From positions 6,882,001 to 6,946,000 of the forward strand of contig JAWMAR010000067.1 in NCBI GenBank assembly GCA_036785375.1: a DNA stretch of 64,000 nucleotides, in the 5' to 3' direction. A program made the position numbers and the translations under genes. The DNA is from Leucoraja ocellata (lineage: Eukaryota). Of the stretch, positions 51,660 to 64,000 are shown in pieces (the stretch's first letter is position 1; the number at the start of each line of letters is the position of its first letter). A model generated the notes under the pieces. The model did not search any database. It was given only the letters and a program-made list of their open reading frames with translations, and was not told the DNA's origin.

Positions 51660-51717
51660 GCGCAGTGTGATTGAAGCTGTTTATAATAGACTGAATCCAC
51701 ACAGGGATGATGATGGG
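51660..51717 (+). CDS. PPM1B: PPM1B coding exon 4 (RSVIEAVYNRLNPHRDDDG)
   Basis: gtttag|G acceptor and GGG|gtgagt donor; 58 nt; phase 2 matches; IEAVYxRLNP motif. Confidence 0.95.
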
Positions 51718-52424
51718 GTGAGTTTTATTTTCTTATGATATGCTGTCAATGTACAAAAGAAATACAGATTTTGTTCCTGATTAGAATGTGCAAAATACTG
51801 ACTGATACACTTTCATTTGGTTACATTTTAAGTAAATGGGTTTCTTAGAGTAAAGTTCCATTTGGTAACAGCTAAGAGACACATTTTGTCATCATGCAAC
51901 AAAATAGGTAATTTGGCTCAAACAGAAACATTTTGGGCATAATTTCTGCAATATATATGATATTTGAATTATTTTGAAATGTGTAAGCACATTCTAATTG
52001 GTTAAACTGTATTCCAATAATAAATTGCTGTTATTGAGTAACATGAAATTAAATGCAAATAATCAATCTTTTAAAAATATTTGTTGATGAGTAATGCTCA
52101 TCAAGATCATGACTCGAGGGATGGGGAAGCTTCTCCCTTTTCTGGCACACTATGAACGCTTATGTAAATGGAACCTACAAAATTAGCGTCCTGAATGATA
52201 TCAATTTATGACCAGTACTGCCGTAGCCTTTTGAGAACCTAGGTCAAACCTGTTAAGCATTAACTTCTAAATTGCATTGAAATTCGGGTAACAAGGTCAA
52301 AATAGTCATCTTAATTGGTAAATTAATATGCAACAGCAATTAGACTATAAAATAAAACCTGGAGATGCTCAGCTGTCAGTCAGCATCAGTGGGGAGAGAA
52401 ACAAAGTTAGTGTTTCAGAGTTAT

Positions 52425-52730
52425 GGGCGACACATTGGTGCAGCGGGTAGAGTTGCTGTCTTGCAGTGCCGGAGACCCAGGTTTGATCCCGACTTCGGGT
52501 GCTGTCGTAACGGAGTTTGTACGTTCACCCCGTGACCGCGTGGGTTTTCTCAGAGATCTTCGGTTTCCTTCCACACTCCAAAGACATACAGGTATGTAGG
52601 TTAATTGGCTTGGTGTATGTGTAAATTGTCCCTAGTTTGTGTAGGGTAGTGTTAATGTGTGGGGATAGCTGGTCGGTGCTGATGGTGGACTAGGCCTGTT
52701 TCTGCGCTGTATCTCTAAAACTAAACTAAA
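52425..52730 (+). mobile_element. tRNA-derived V-SINE (HE1-like), full length
   Basis: A-box-like tggtgcagcgggtaga, B-box-like ggtttgatccc, V-domain, LINE-like tail gggcctgtttc...tgtatctct(aaact)n. Sits inside a Penelope-type fold-back repeat (~52350-53010). Confidence 0.9.
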
Positions 52731-53924
52731 AGAATGATGTTCTTTTAGCAGAACTGTTGAAAGTTAGAAATAAAAAATTATTTAAAGTTTGGGTGATGGA
52801 ATAGTCTGACATTCTAGCAGAACTTCTCTGCTATTTTCTAACACTTTTCTGTAACTAAAACTTTTAAAATATTTTTATTTTTACTTTCAACAGTCTGCTG
52901 AATGAATGTCAACTGAAATATTAACTCAATTCCTTTCTCTACAGATGCTGCCTGACCTCATGAGTATCTCCAGTAGCTTTGTTTCCATTTCAGATTGCAA
53001 AGATTTGCAGCGTCTTAGTAACAGTATTATTATTTGAAATCAGTCTGGATGTCTCCATTCATTTGATATATCCTATATTAGCTCAATTATTGACAGACCC
53101 AGGCACCTCATATTTTTCTAAATACTCTCCAGCTCCATTAACATTTGTAGTTTGGTGCAAGTTAGGATGAATAATGGTGCGATGAACTCAGCTGAGGTTC
53201 TTGAGCACAAACATTTGTGCTGATGTTGTTAATAGGATGATAGTTTTAGGTTAAAGATGGTAATGACCAATTGATAAAATGGGCAGACTAATGGAAGATT
53301 AAACTTCTTCTTAATCAGTGCTTGAATCCAGTTAATTCACTTTGGGAGATCTAACAAGGGTAAGGCATTGACAACAAATGAAGAGGAAGTATTGAGGAAC
53401 AAAGAGAACTTGATGTAAGTTGCAATGATCCCTGAATGTGGTAGCACAGTTAATTTGGATGTGGAGAAGTTAAGATGTACACCCTGGCTTGCATTAGTTG
53501 TGTCTTCAGAATATAAGAACAGACATTTTTGGTGCAACTTTATCAATTGATTAAGCAATAGCTGGAGTACTGTGTTCTAGTTGTCATTACATACGGAGGA
53601 TATGATTACACTGGAAAATGTGGAGAGAACATTTACCAATATATTAGATGGGTTGGAGCATTTTTGTTCGATAGGCTGGGTGTGGTGTTAATATTGGTTT
53701 AATATTGTCACGTCTACTGAGATACAGTGAAAAACTTTGTTTTGTGTGCTATCTGGGTAAATCATATCATACATGAGTACAAAAGGTAGTGCAAAAAGAA
53801 AAATGCATAATATAATTCCAAAACTCCAGAGATAAATGTAAAGAACAAAAAAGTGCAAGGGTCACAATTAAGTAGATTGGGAGATCAGTAGTACATCCTT
53901 AGTGTACAAGAGGTCCATTCATGG

Positions 53925-54925
53925 GTAGGAATGAACTGCAGATGCTGGTTTACACTGAAGATAGACACAACATGCTGGATTAACTCAGTGGGATAGGCAG
54001 CATCTCTGGATCGAAGGAATGTGTGTGACGTTTAGGGTCCAGACTCTCCTTCAGACCGAAAGTCGGGGAGAGGGAGACTAGAGATAAGGAAATGTAAAGT
54101 GTGAAAATGACATATCAAAGCAGACGATGATCAAGAAAATGTAGAATGGTTCATTGTTAGCTTCGGGGAAGGTGACAGCGGGACGTACAATTACTAAAAT
54201 TGGACAGGGAGAACTAGAGTGGGGGAGGGACGAAGAGGGGGAAAGCAAGGTTTACTTGAAGTTAGAGAAATCAATATTCATACCGCTGGGTTGTAAGCTG
54301 CCCAAACGATATACGAGGTGCTGTTCCTCCAATTTGCGTTAAAGTGTTTAGCAACTGGGAGATCGCTTGGGACTAGGCAAACTGAGCGGAGGTGTTCAAT
54401 GAAACGATTGCTGAGCCTGTGCTTGGTCTCGCCGATATATAGATGTTCACACCTGGAACAAGTGAACCTCTGTCTTACCTGAAAGGACTGTCAGGGTCCT
54501 TGGACGAAGTCGAGGGAGATGATATAAGGACAGGTGTTGGTTCTCCTGCGGTTACAGGGGAAAGTACCTGGGGAGGGGGTGGTTTGGGTGGGAAGGGATG
54601 TTAACCAGGAAACTGTCTCTGCGGAAAGCAGAAAGGGGTGGCTAATGATAGGATCCCGTTAGAGGTGGTGAAAGTGTTGGAGGATTATGTGCTGTACGCA
54701 ATGGCTGATGGGGTGAAAGGTGAGGACGAAGGATACCTGTTGTGACTGGGGGGGAGGGGGAGCAAGAGCGGAGCTGCAAGATACCGAGTTGATTCTTGTG
54801 AGGGCCTCATCTATGATAGAAGATGGCAACCCCCTTTCCCTGAAGAATGAGGACATCTCGGAAGTCCTGGTATGGAACACCTCATCTTGGGCACAGATAC
54901 GGCATAGATGGAGGAATTGGGAGTC
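53925..54925 (-). mobile_element. Penelope-like retroelement 3' portion (RT C-terminus, GIY-YIG region, terminal repeat)
   Basis: FHTRTSEMSSFFRERG, LTFHP, YIGETK, RKLEEQHLVYRLGSLQPSGMNI; terminal repeat at ~53925-54060. Confidence 0.85.
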
Positions 54926-55402
54926 GGACTCAATCCCCTATTAATTCCTCCGTCTACGCCACGTCTAAATCGTTATAGCAGAATTTGGACGCACTGTTAT
55001 GAGAGTATAGTGAGTACGGTAAGAGGATGAATGTAGCCTTTTGGGGCAGTGACATTAAGAATTTTTATGGAGGATGTCTTGTCCTCTCCTTGTTGATTAT
55101 GGTGTATGGGTAGGAAGTCAACTGCTAAGTTCTCAGTTCAGGTGTTTTGTGGTGAGCTTGATTGGAATTATGGTGTTGAAGGTGGAGATGTTGTCAATCA
55201 ATGTAGGTGTCCTTGTTATCCAGAGTTTTTTTGGTGATGAATGCAAGGCCATAGAGATGACATCTTCTATGGTGGTAAGCAAATTGTAGCAGATTCAGAT
55301 TGTTTTAGAGGCTGGTATTGATGAAAGTGCGCCATTACCATATCAAAAGGTTTGTTGTCCTTTGAATGAAGGTGGCTGAGGGAGTACCTGACAGAGATAT
55401 AA

Positions 55403-55483
55403 AAAAGTATGAGGGGCATGTCATAAAGTATGAGGGACATGTCAAAAATTATGAGTGTCATGTCAAAAAGTATGAGGGGCATG
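55403..55483 (+). repeat. 21-bp tandem repeat x4
   Basis: (aaaagtatgaggggcatgtca)n, apparently amplified from a CR1 3' remnant. Confidence 0.85.
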
Positions 55484-58400
55484 GTGGAAATAAGGAAACT
55501 TTTTCGTCGTAACAGTGGAGTTGAAACTAGAGGTTATTGAATTTAATGTAGAGGGTGATTGAAATCTGGGAAACACTGCGTGAGTGGGTGATGGAGGCAG
55601 GAATTCTCACAACATTTACCTGTATCTAGATCAGCACTCGAATTGGGAAGGCAAAGAAGGCTTGGAGACCATGTGCTGACAAGGTAGATATGGATAGAAA
55701 CATGATGATGGTTAACATGGTGGGCCAAATGGCTAATTTTTGCACTGTGTGACTCTGATTCTTTGAGCATGCATATTTTTTTTAAATTTGAGACTTAAAC
55801 ATTGATATAGCTCCTTCCTGCCAGAGTTCAGTTTTTTTAATTGAATTCTGGAAATAAAGTATGTTGATGCTTAGGCAAAAAGTTTTTTTTTTACAATTCA
55901 TAACAAATCAAATGTATCATTTATTAGACTTTAAATTCTTAGCAATGTTTTAATAGTGTTTTTAAATCTTATTTTTCACTTCTGTTGTTTACTTTAAAAT
56001 CTGGTGTAAATAAATCGCTTCCCTCTTTTGAAAACGTCAGTCTTAGGAAAATACCTTTCTTGAAAAATCCCCAGCATCTTCTGCACAAACCTTCATAATT
56101 TGGTGCTGCTTATTGCAGAATGGGAAAACTTGCTGCTCAGATTTCTAGGTTTGAAGAGCTTGCAAAGTAAATTTTGAAATTTGTACAATTACCTGTGGTT
56201 TGTTTTCATCACCTGTACGGGCAAGTCCATTGGGTCACTATTGAAACAACGAGTTTGGAGGTTTGGTCCTACATCAGGAGTGGCGGCATCCATTATAAAG
56301 TGTGACAGGAAAGGCCAAGTTTACGGGCATTGAGAAGTGTATGACACCTGAGGCAGTATGGCAAGCTGAATACAGTTATTGTCGCAACCCACTTTTTAGG
56401 TGGACTCGCCAATATACACGCATATGATGCTCTTTGCATTTGTCATGCATTATTTTTTGGCCCATTAAAAAAAATCCAGGAAATCAATATATGCCAGATT
56501 AAACAATAGCTATAATGGATTTTGTTTTCTTCATTTTACTTTCTTTTATAATTTCTCAATTTCTGATTGTATTCTGGTTGTGTGCAGAATAATTATCATT
56601 CATTAGTTTCAAAATGGACGGTTAATATTATTGAATTATATGCAAAAAAGGAACTTCACTGTTTCTAGGTACGTGACAACAAAGATCAATGACGAACAAT
56701 GGTTCGAGCTGTGAAATAGAAGATTTTCTGTAGCAAGCCTGGTCTATTTATATAGTGCAAATATAGTAATTCCCTGACGCTAAATTAGCAAACCTAATAT
56801 TGGAAATATTTAAATAGATCAAGTATCATCTGTGGAGAGAGAAATGTAGTTGATGTTTCAAGTAGCTGAATTCACCTTTTAGAGATAATGAAAGGTGATT
56901 GACCTAATTAAAAATAAATCGTGGCCTGAAGACATTGCAACAGGAGTTCATCTGGGGTCATTCATCATTATCTCATTATTGACCGAAAATTGTTCATGCC
57001 CTAACTCCCAAACATGTTTGCTCTGAAGTAGGTTTTCAAAAATATTTGGATAATGGTTAATTTTGTTTTCTGTTACTATGAAGAGTGTATGCTAACAAGA
57101 TTCAGATCATCTGTCTCATGGAGATGTAAATAGAGGATCATGAGAACCTTGGCCCTTTTTCATCCAGTACCACCATTTCCATTATTTAGTCTTTCATGGA
57201 ATGTGCCCTAAGTTTGCTATTTCCTTTCTACACTCGGTCCAGATGCAGGGTCTTTTGCGAAAGGTCAGTTATTTCTGTAACTTCAGAGATGCTGCCTGAC
57301 CTGCTGACTTCCTTCAGCAGTTTGTTTTGTGCTACAGATCTTTGGTTTATTATTGCCATGCCTGTTTAAAACATGCGTAGTGTTGTGCAGCCTTTCAGCC
57401 CACCACCAATCCTATGCCGACCCTTTTGCACACTTATCCCACTTGCCCGGTCATATTTAACAAAGATGCATAAATCCCTGACAATGTCCTTGATGCCTTC
57501 TCTTTACTTTGTGGGATAGATTTCTTCTGGCCCTGGGGATTTATTAACCCGAGGTCGAAAATTACATCCAGCACAACCTCCTCCAGAGGATGGCTGAAAC
57601 AGCACATCTGTCAGTGTTATCCAGTGGAAACTGCTGACAAGCCATGGATATTAATATGATGCGCTGTTTTTGCCCCCCTCCTCCTCTAGATATTAATCTG
57701 TTCCAGATTACTTAATTTTATGTGGTTCTAATTATGTCCTAAAACTGAGGTATTAGCTCTGTTTCACTCTCCTCAGATGCTGTCTGGTTAATTGAGTACT
57801 TTCAGTGTTTTTATTCTTTTATTTCAAATTTCCAGCATTTGCATTTTTTTTTGCATTTGGTTATTGCTAATTCTGTTTCTTATTTGTAAGAAATAAAGGT
57901 TTCCCCCACCTCTTAGGTTAAACTGTGTTTGCTTAATTTAATCTTGCACCCTTTATTTAAGTATGTAACATTTGCAATTTTCCAGTCCTCCAGCATATGC
58001 TGATGCTTAGAAGGTTTATGACCAGTACTTCAGCAGTTTTCCCCCTTACACCCCTCAGCTATCTAGGCTGCGTCTCTGACAGCCCGTTTACTTTTTATTC
58101 TATTCATTTGAGACCAATTAGCCCTTTTTAGTTCCTCCTCTATCAATGTTAACACTTTTTAAAAGTCTGAGCAACATCTTTTTGTTTTGCTGAGAACTTC
58201 AGCAGCATTTTATTTGGTAAAGTACTCATTTAGTACCCTAGCTTCCATAACTAAATCTTTTATATTCCCTAATCAGGCTCATTTCTCTTACTGCATCTTG
58301 ACTGATTACGTCTTCAGAAGATTATTGCATTCCTTTCGAGATTTGTCCACTATTTTCTCTTTCCCTTTTTGCTTTTACATTTATACTTTTCTGCTGAACT

Positions 58401-59809
58401 TTCAATGATCAAAGCTTAAGGTATGTTTACCAGCATAGGTTATGTACACATGGAAGTAATTATGATCAGTACTTGTGCAAAGGAAATATGTTTTAAAGGG
58501 AAAATAACTAGTACAATTCGATTTGAGGAATACAAAATGAAATTGATACTCGGCAAAAAACAGTCTTGTATTGGGAACAAAATGTGTTGAACTGACCAGC
58601 TAATTTAGAAGCAATTCCAGGAACTGAGAATTCCATAAAGGCAACTATTAAGTATTCTTTCCAAGCTTTGGTTGGTGCATATTTTTTTCTCAATTGAGTA
58701 ACTTTCGTTCACATCATCTATACCTGACTCAGTGCCAGTTAAGTGAAAACTCCTTTGTTTCTAATCCTGACTTTCATTATTTTGATGAGCATAATAATAT
58801 GGCTGGACATGTGAACTTGTATGTAAAAAGTCCATTAGGATTCCCCAAGGATTGATTTTCCAAACATTTGCATATGTCAGTGTTATCCAATGGAAACTGA
58901 TGACAAGCCACGGATATTGTTATAATGTGCTATTTTAGCCATGCCCATCAGAAACTCCTTGTATTACAGGTAAATGTACTTCACATATTTTCTTAACAGT
59001 ATATTTGTTTTACAAACATCTATCATCAAGGTTAATAAGGGAGTAAATGGCTCACAATGATCAACATTTATTTCTGCACACAGTTTTACAATTGTTTAAT
59101 AATGGTTAGGATTACAGTGAGTTTTTGTCCAATAAAATATTTGGCAATTACTCTCTTATTTCCCAATCAAGCTGCAGTTTGCCACATCTGCATTCCCCAT
59201 AAACCCAAATATCTGCAGATAAAGGAAGGTACAATATTCACATATATGTTGATTGATTATTGATGTCACAATGCTTATAAAAAAGAAGCAGTCCCACAAT
59301 ATAAGCAAACAATAAAAACAATAAATTATCTGCTAGCTTCTGATCTGTGATAGTGTAGATCACTAAGAAATTTAAATTGTATGTATTGACATTGTCTTTT
59401 ACACTTGCAATTATAGGAAATGGATCTAAATTTAAAAATGGATAAAATCTTTTAAAACCCTTGAAATATTTTCCCGAAATTGTATAAAATCTTAAATCAA
59501 TATCCATATAATATTTTAACCTAAAATGCTAACTGGCTGATATGTTCTTGTTTTTGTGAGGTTATTGGTTGTGTGTTGCACCAACACCATCAAAATTACA
59601 TTTTGGTTATTTATAGATGTAATAATTATTGGGAACCAGTTAATTATGCAAATGTTACACTTTATTTTTGTATGCAGGTATTACAAGTTTAACATAACAT
59701 TGTTGTAGTTCACTATTTCCTCCGTGATGCAGATGGGCTAAAAATAAATCTGAAGACTAACGTGATCAACATCAAGGGCGTGCCCTAGTAAAACTATTAG
59801 AAGTCTTTT

Positions 59810-60730
59810 GCTGCTGTTTGTCATCTATATCAATGATTTGGATAAGAACGTATGTGGCATGGTTAGCAAGTTTGCAGATGACACAAAATTGGGTGGTTTG
59901 GTAGATAGTGAAAATGGTTATCAAAAATTGCAGCGGAATCTTGAACAGGCGGGCTGAGAAATATTTGATGGAATTTAACACAGAGAAATGTGAGATATTG
60001 CACATGGGCAGAACCTACACAGTGAACAATGGGGCTGTGGGGAGTGTTGTGGACCAGAGGGATCAAGGAATACAGGTACATAGTTTGGTGAAAGTAGCAT
60101 CAATAGGGTGGTCAAAAGGGCTTTTGGCTCCTTGGCCTTCATCAGTCAGAGCATTGAGTACTGAAGTTGCGAGGTCATGTTGCAGTAATATAAGACATTG
60201 ATGAGGCCGCATTTCGACTATTGTGTTCAGTTTTGTGCACCATGTTAGAGGAAAGATGTTGTCAAGCTGGAAAGGGTGCAGAGAAGATTCATGAGGATGT
60301 TGCCAGGACTAGGGCCTGGGCTAAGGGGAGAGGTTGGGCAGGCTAGGACTCTATTCCTTGAAGCGCGGGAGGATGAGAGGTGATCTTATAAAGTTGCACA
60401 AAATCATGAGAGGAATTGATCGGGAAGACGCAGAGTCTCTTGCCCAGGGGGATCTAGAACTAGTGGACATAGGTTTAAGGTGAGGGGAGAAATATTTAAT
60501 AGGAACCTGAGGAGTAACTTTTTCACGCAAAGGATGGTAGGTATATGGAACGAGCTGCCGGAGGAGGTAGTTGAGGCAGGTACTATTGCAACTTTGAGAA
60601 ACATTTAGACAAGTACATGGATTAGAGGGATATGGGCCAAATGCATGCAGGTGGGACTACTGTAGATGGGACGTTGGCCGGTGTGGGCAAATTGGGCGGA
60701 GGGGCCTGTTTACACTCTAAAACTCTGACT
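59810..60730 (+). mobile_element. CR1-clade (HER1-like) LINE 3' end
   Basis: SKFADDTK, MEFNTEKCEILHMG, RPHFDYCVQF; 3' end gggcctgttt shared with the V-SINE tail. Confidence 0.85.
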
Positions 60731-62010
60731 CTAATTTTGTTAAACATAGTTTGCCCTCAAGAAGTCTGTGCTGGTTTGCCTTAAATGGCCCATTTTCTTC
60801 CTGTTGACTGGATCAACGTTTTAAAGGCATTCCCACCACCAACATGAAACCAATCTGCTCAATTTATTCAAACTCACTTTCTTTTACTTTTGACGTTCCC
60901 CAGTTCCCCATCAATACTTGCATCCAAAGAAAATTGTAATCAATGGTTCTAACGATTTAGCCACCTTAAATTCAAGGTCATTTGGCTCATTATATCCTCA
61001 CTGGCTAAGAAACTACAATCCATTGAGCTCTTCCTCTGACATCATAGTTTATCTAAGGCCATGTGTGCTGAGGGTTTACATCACTTACACACATTTATGC
61101 ATTGAGTCCCAGACAGCAACCAGCTCCAGATTAAAGTTTAATTCCTTAAATATTCTAATAATTCTACCAGTAACCCTGTGTGCATTTTCCCCTCAGTTAT
61201 GGATTACTGAGGTAATATGTTCCAATGCACCCAAACAGAGCCTTTCATAATTGTATATGTCAATTATATCTACCATTAGCTGCATCTGCACCAAAGAAAA
61301 CAACACCACTCTTGCCAGTGTTTCATGACTAATGTTCTTCAGTCCTGCAACTTCATTCTAAATCCCATTGCCATCTCTTGTGTCATCATTTCCTTCATAT
61401 AATACGGTAATTAAAACTGTGTGCAGTACATTACTGTGGCTCAAGTTGGTATAATGCCCAAATTCACTTGGGTTGTCTTAGGAAACATCTGCATAATATG
61501 TTGGTAAAAATACATTTTAAATTGGCCAGAATTGAAAAAGGTTACAACTGAGAAAAGATATTAAGGTACATTTAATTTTAGTGTTCTAGACTGAATCCTG
61601 CAAAGATTGCACATTAAAATCAGATTTTTTTGTGGAAACGTTTTCAACATTGTTGAATACGTTTATAATGGTTTCAAGTTATTTCATATGTTAATATACT
61701 CTCATTTTATGTATGTCAGTCTCTTATTGATATTGGTTGGTATCCTTTGGAAGTTATTCACATATTCAAAGGGCACAACAATGCAGGGCTTTAAGATACA
61801 TTTTTTACTTATTCTGCTGCATTTCCAATAATAGAATTAGCTTGTCTTTATATTGCACAGGTGTACCTTCAAAGGCAGTCAGACATATGATTTGAATACA
61901 TATTTATTAACAGTAAGAGCACTTTAAAGAATTGATTATGTTATGTGTTTGATAGTCCAAACAATTATCATAGGCTGTTTACTCATACTGGGGTATTAAA
62001 TCTTGAAAAG

Positions 62011-62262
62011 GATCCTACTGGAGCAGATGAAGGGGGAGCAAGACCGGGTAAATTGCTCGAGACACTCAGACAATTGAGAATTAATCATAGGGGGAACTAC
62101 CGTCACCTAATGGAGGAGATGCTGGCTAATTACAGGCTAGCTCAGATCCTGGGGGAAGCAAGTACTACCGAACAAGCTGTTTCTACTGCAGTTATGCCTG
62201 CTAGAGAATCAGAGACCAGGTTGCAAGCAGATGAGGAGAATCGCCCTAAGGATGTAAACTGA
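62011..62262 (+). CDS. PPM1B: PPM1B terminal coding exon, long isoform (DPTGADEGG...GKLLETLRQLRINHRGNYRHLMEEMLANYRLA...DVN*)
   Basis: GKLxExLRQxRINHRGNYRxLxEEMLxxYRLA matches the long PPM1B C-terminus. Phase 0 after aag|GAT; stop TGA at 62260-62262. The acceptor is weak, so the exact start is less certain. Confidence 0.88.
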   Translation, partial: DPTGADEGGARPGKLLETLRQLRINHRGNYRHLMEEMLANYRLAQILGEASTTEQAVSTAVMPARESETRLQADEENRPKDVN

Positions 62263-62770
62263 ACTGATGAAGATGTAGTAATAAATGAGAAATGCCTTAA
62301 GAGCTCATGCTTCCAGCATTGTGTATCCACTCTGTTATAATTTGTAACACCGCATGAGTTTTTGATCTCCATTGCATGTTTTTATTGTGTTTTGTGCTTG
62401 TAATTTAGCTTTTTGTTGTTCGGTCATCATAATAGTTAATGCAGTAACCATTGATTTTTAAAACCTATCTATAGCGCATTAATTTTTGTTGTAAAATTGT
62501 AAATGTAGTAAATGCATGATTTTAAAAAGATGTTTATGACATTGATCAATCCACCATGCTTTAGTATAAATATTAGTTATTTGTGAACTGTTCCTCATGG
62601 TATGTTCCTTGTGCAGTATTCAGTGAGAGAGATTTGTCTGTTTTAATGTCCAATAAAGCTTTACAGTATATCTGGACCATTGTTTAACTTGCTCATTACA
62701 AGTTAATTTGGATTTACCTTTTTCACCACAATAAATGATTGTAAAATAAAACGTGAAACCAGCTGGTTGT
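62263..62770 (+). other. PPM1B: PPM1B 3' UTR with candidate polyadenylation signals
   Basis: AT-rich, repeat-free sequence after the stop; AATAAA at 62652, 62730 and 62745 followed by a GT-rich tract (~62765-62790). Confidence 0.6.
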
Positions 62771-64000
62771 GTTTTACGTTTGGTAAGTGGCTTGTCTAGA
62801 CATTACATTACATCTGCACCTGAACATTTAACACTAGAAAATTATAAATGAATATTTCAATGCATCAATGTTCTAAACTCTTAGTCAAATGCACCATTTT
62901 GCAAATGCTTGTAATACTTGTACTACTGTTTAATATATCATAATATTTGCACCCTGCTTTATAAGTAAAGCGAATCTTTGTTAAGAAGATAAACTTGATT
63001 GCATAAACATCTTTGTTTTTGAGGATCCTTACAGAGCAATAAATGCAATGTGCCGATTACCACAAAATATTATTATGGGGCATTTCCAAGGGAACACTCA
63101 TATCATTTGGCTTGGTACTGGGTATTTTTGTGCTGAAGTTGTGGTATATTTTAAAATTATGCAGACTAGAATTGATCGAATAAAAATATAAGAGCGCACT
63201 GTTCCTGTTAGAGAAAGATTTTGTGTGTAAATATATTGTATAATCAGCGTTATTTCCAGTCTAAAGAAGAGTCCCAACCCAAAACATCACCTATCCATTT
63301 TCTCCAGAGATGCTGCCTGTCCAGATGAGTTACTCCAGCATTATTTCTATAGTGTTTGGCATTTGCACACTCATGTGTATGTTAATGATAGAATGAGGAT
63401 ACATTTTTTTTCCCCTCTGATTTTTATGCAAATTTCTGATTTTTTTTTTTTAATTTGCTCAACAAAATTCAACCTAAAACTTGAGCTTGAATTGTACAGC
63501 TGAGTTTTAACTATTCCACACAAAACAACTTTTCTAAATGGCCTTATTATTTCACAGAATATGCAGGGAAAATATACAATGAAGACAATGATCAAAGTAC
63601 ATAATTGTATATACTTTATATTTACAATATTTGGTACTGTTATATGAACAAGCAGCTCATCAAACATTTAATAAGCAAGTTTAATCACTCATGGTCCAAA
63701 AGGCTAGTGTTTTAATTGAAAATTAAAAATCTCTCCATAATTGTCTTGCAGAATGAGCCTAAAATTTAGTTACGTTGAAAATGAATACTTTTTTATTTTC
63801 CTGAGCAAAATCTTAGATTGCAATACAAAAAAATTATCAAAATTGTGTAACCTCATATTAAGTTTTATTTTGTTACTAAGTGACTATCTCACATTTTCTG
63901 TTTTCTGAAACAGATTTGTTTTTCCTTGCACCCATGTAAATGTTTTTACCTGAGGTCAAAAGCATTGTAGATTAATGAAGAACAAAGACATCCAAGTTTC

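Noticed and set aside
58897-58960. Hammerhead or C/D snoRNA around CTGATGA
   Set aside because: No compatible stems I-III and no downstream D box; the second copy reads CTGCTGA.
1525-62262. Assignment to PPM1A
   Set aside because: The N-terminal AHGAG and the RINHRGNYR terminal exon point to PPM1B.
51718-64000. Mammalian-type short terminal exon (GAGDLEDPW-like)
   Set aside because: Not found by eye in this window; it may lie downstream or be absent.

Overview
Vertebrate genomic DNA, most likely a cartilaginous fish (skate/ray/shark; inferred from HE1/V-SINE-type SINEs and the CR1, Rex1 and Penelope repeat landscape). The window holds one + strand protein-coding gene, PPM1B (PP2C-beta). Its five coding exons are 1525-2370, 32229-32346, 41428-41539, 51660-51717 and 62011-62262; they splice in frame through GT-AG introns into a 461-aa protein. 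The promoter and non-coding first exon lie upstream of the window. The introns are packed with often nested transposable elements: CR1 and Rex1-type LINEs, Penelope-like elements, tRNA-derived SINEs, a decayed Tc1, TA-flanked MITEs, hAT-like and foldback elements, and a probable solo LTR. I found no convincing wholly new multi-gene system. The best leads are (i) short fold-back derivatives of Penelope terminal repeats with minimal hammerhead-ribozyme cores, (ii) a possible circular RNA of the AUG exon whose back-splice frame stays open for 102 extra codons, (iii) a MITE family with swappable cargo including a tRNA-like piece, (iv) a 174-bp spacerless palindrome, (v) templated-insertion repair scars and (vi) alternative PPM1B C-termini. 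Repeat boundaries were read by eye and are approximate unless a TSD or TIR is given; family names come from motif recognition, not database searches.
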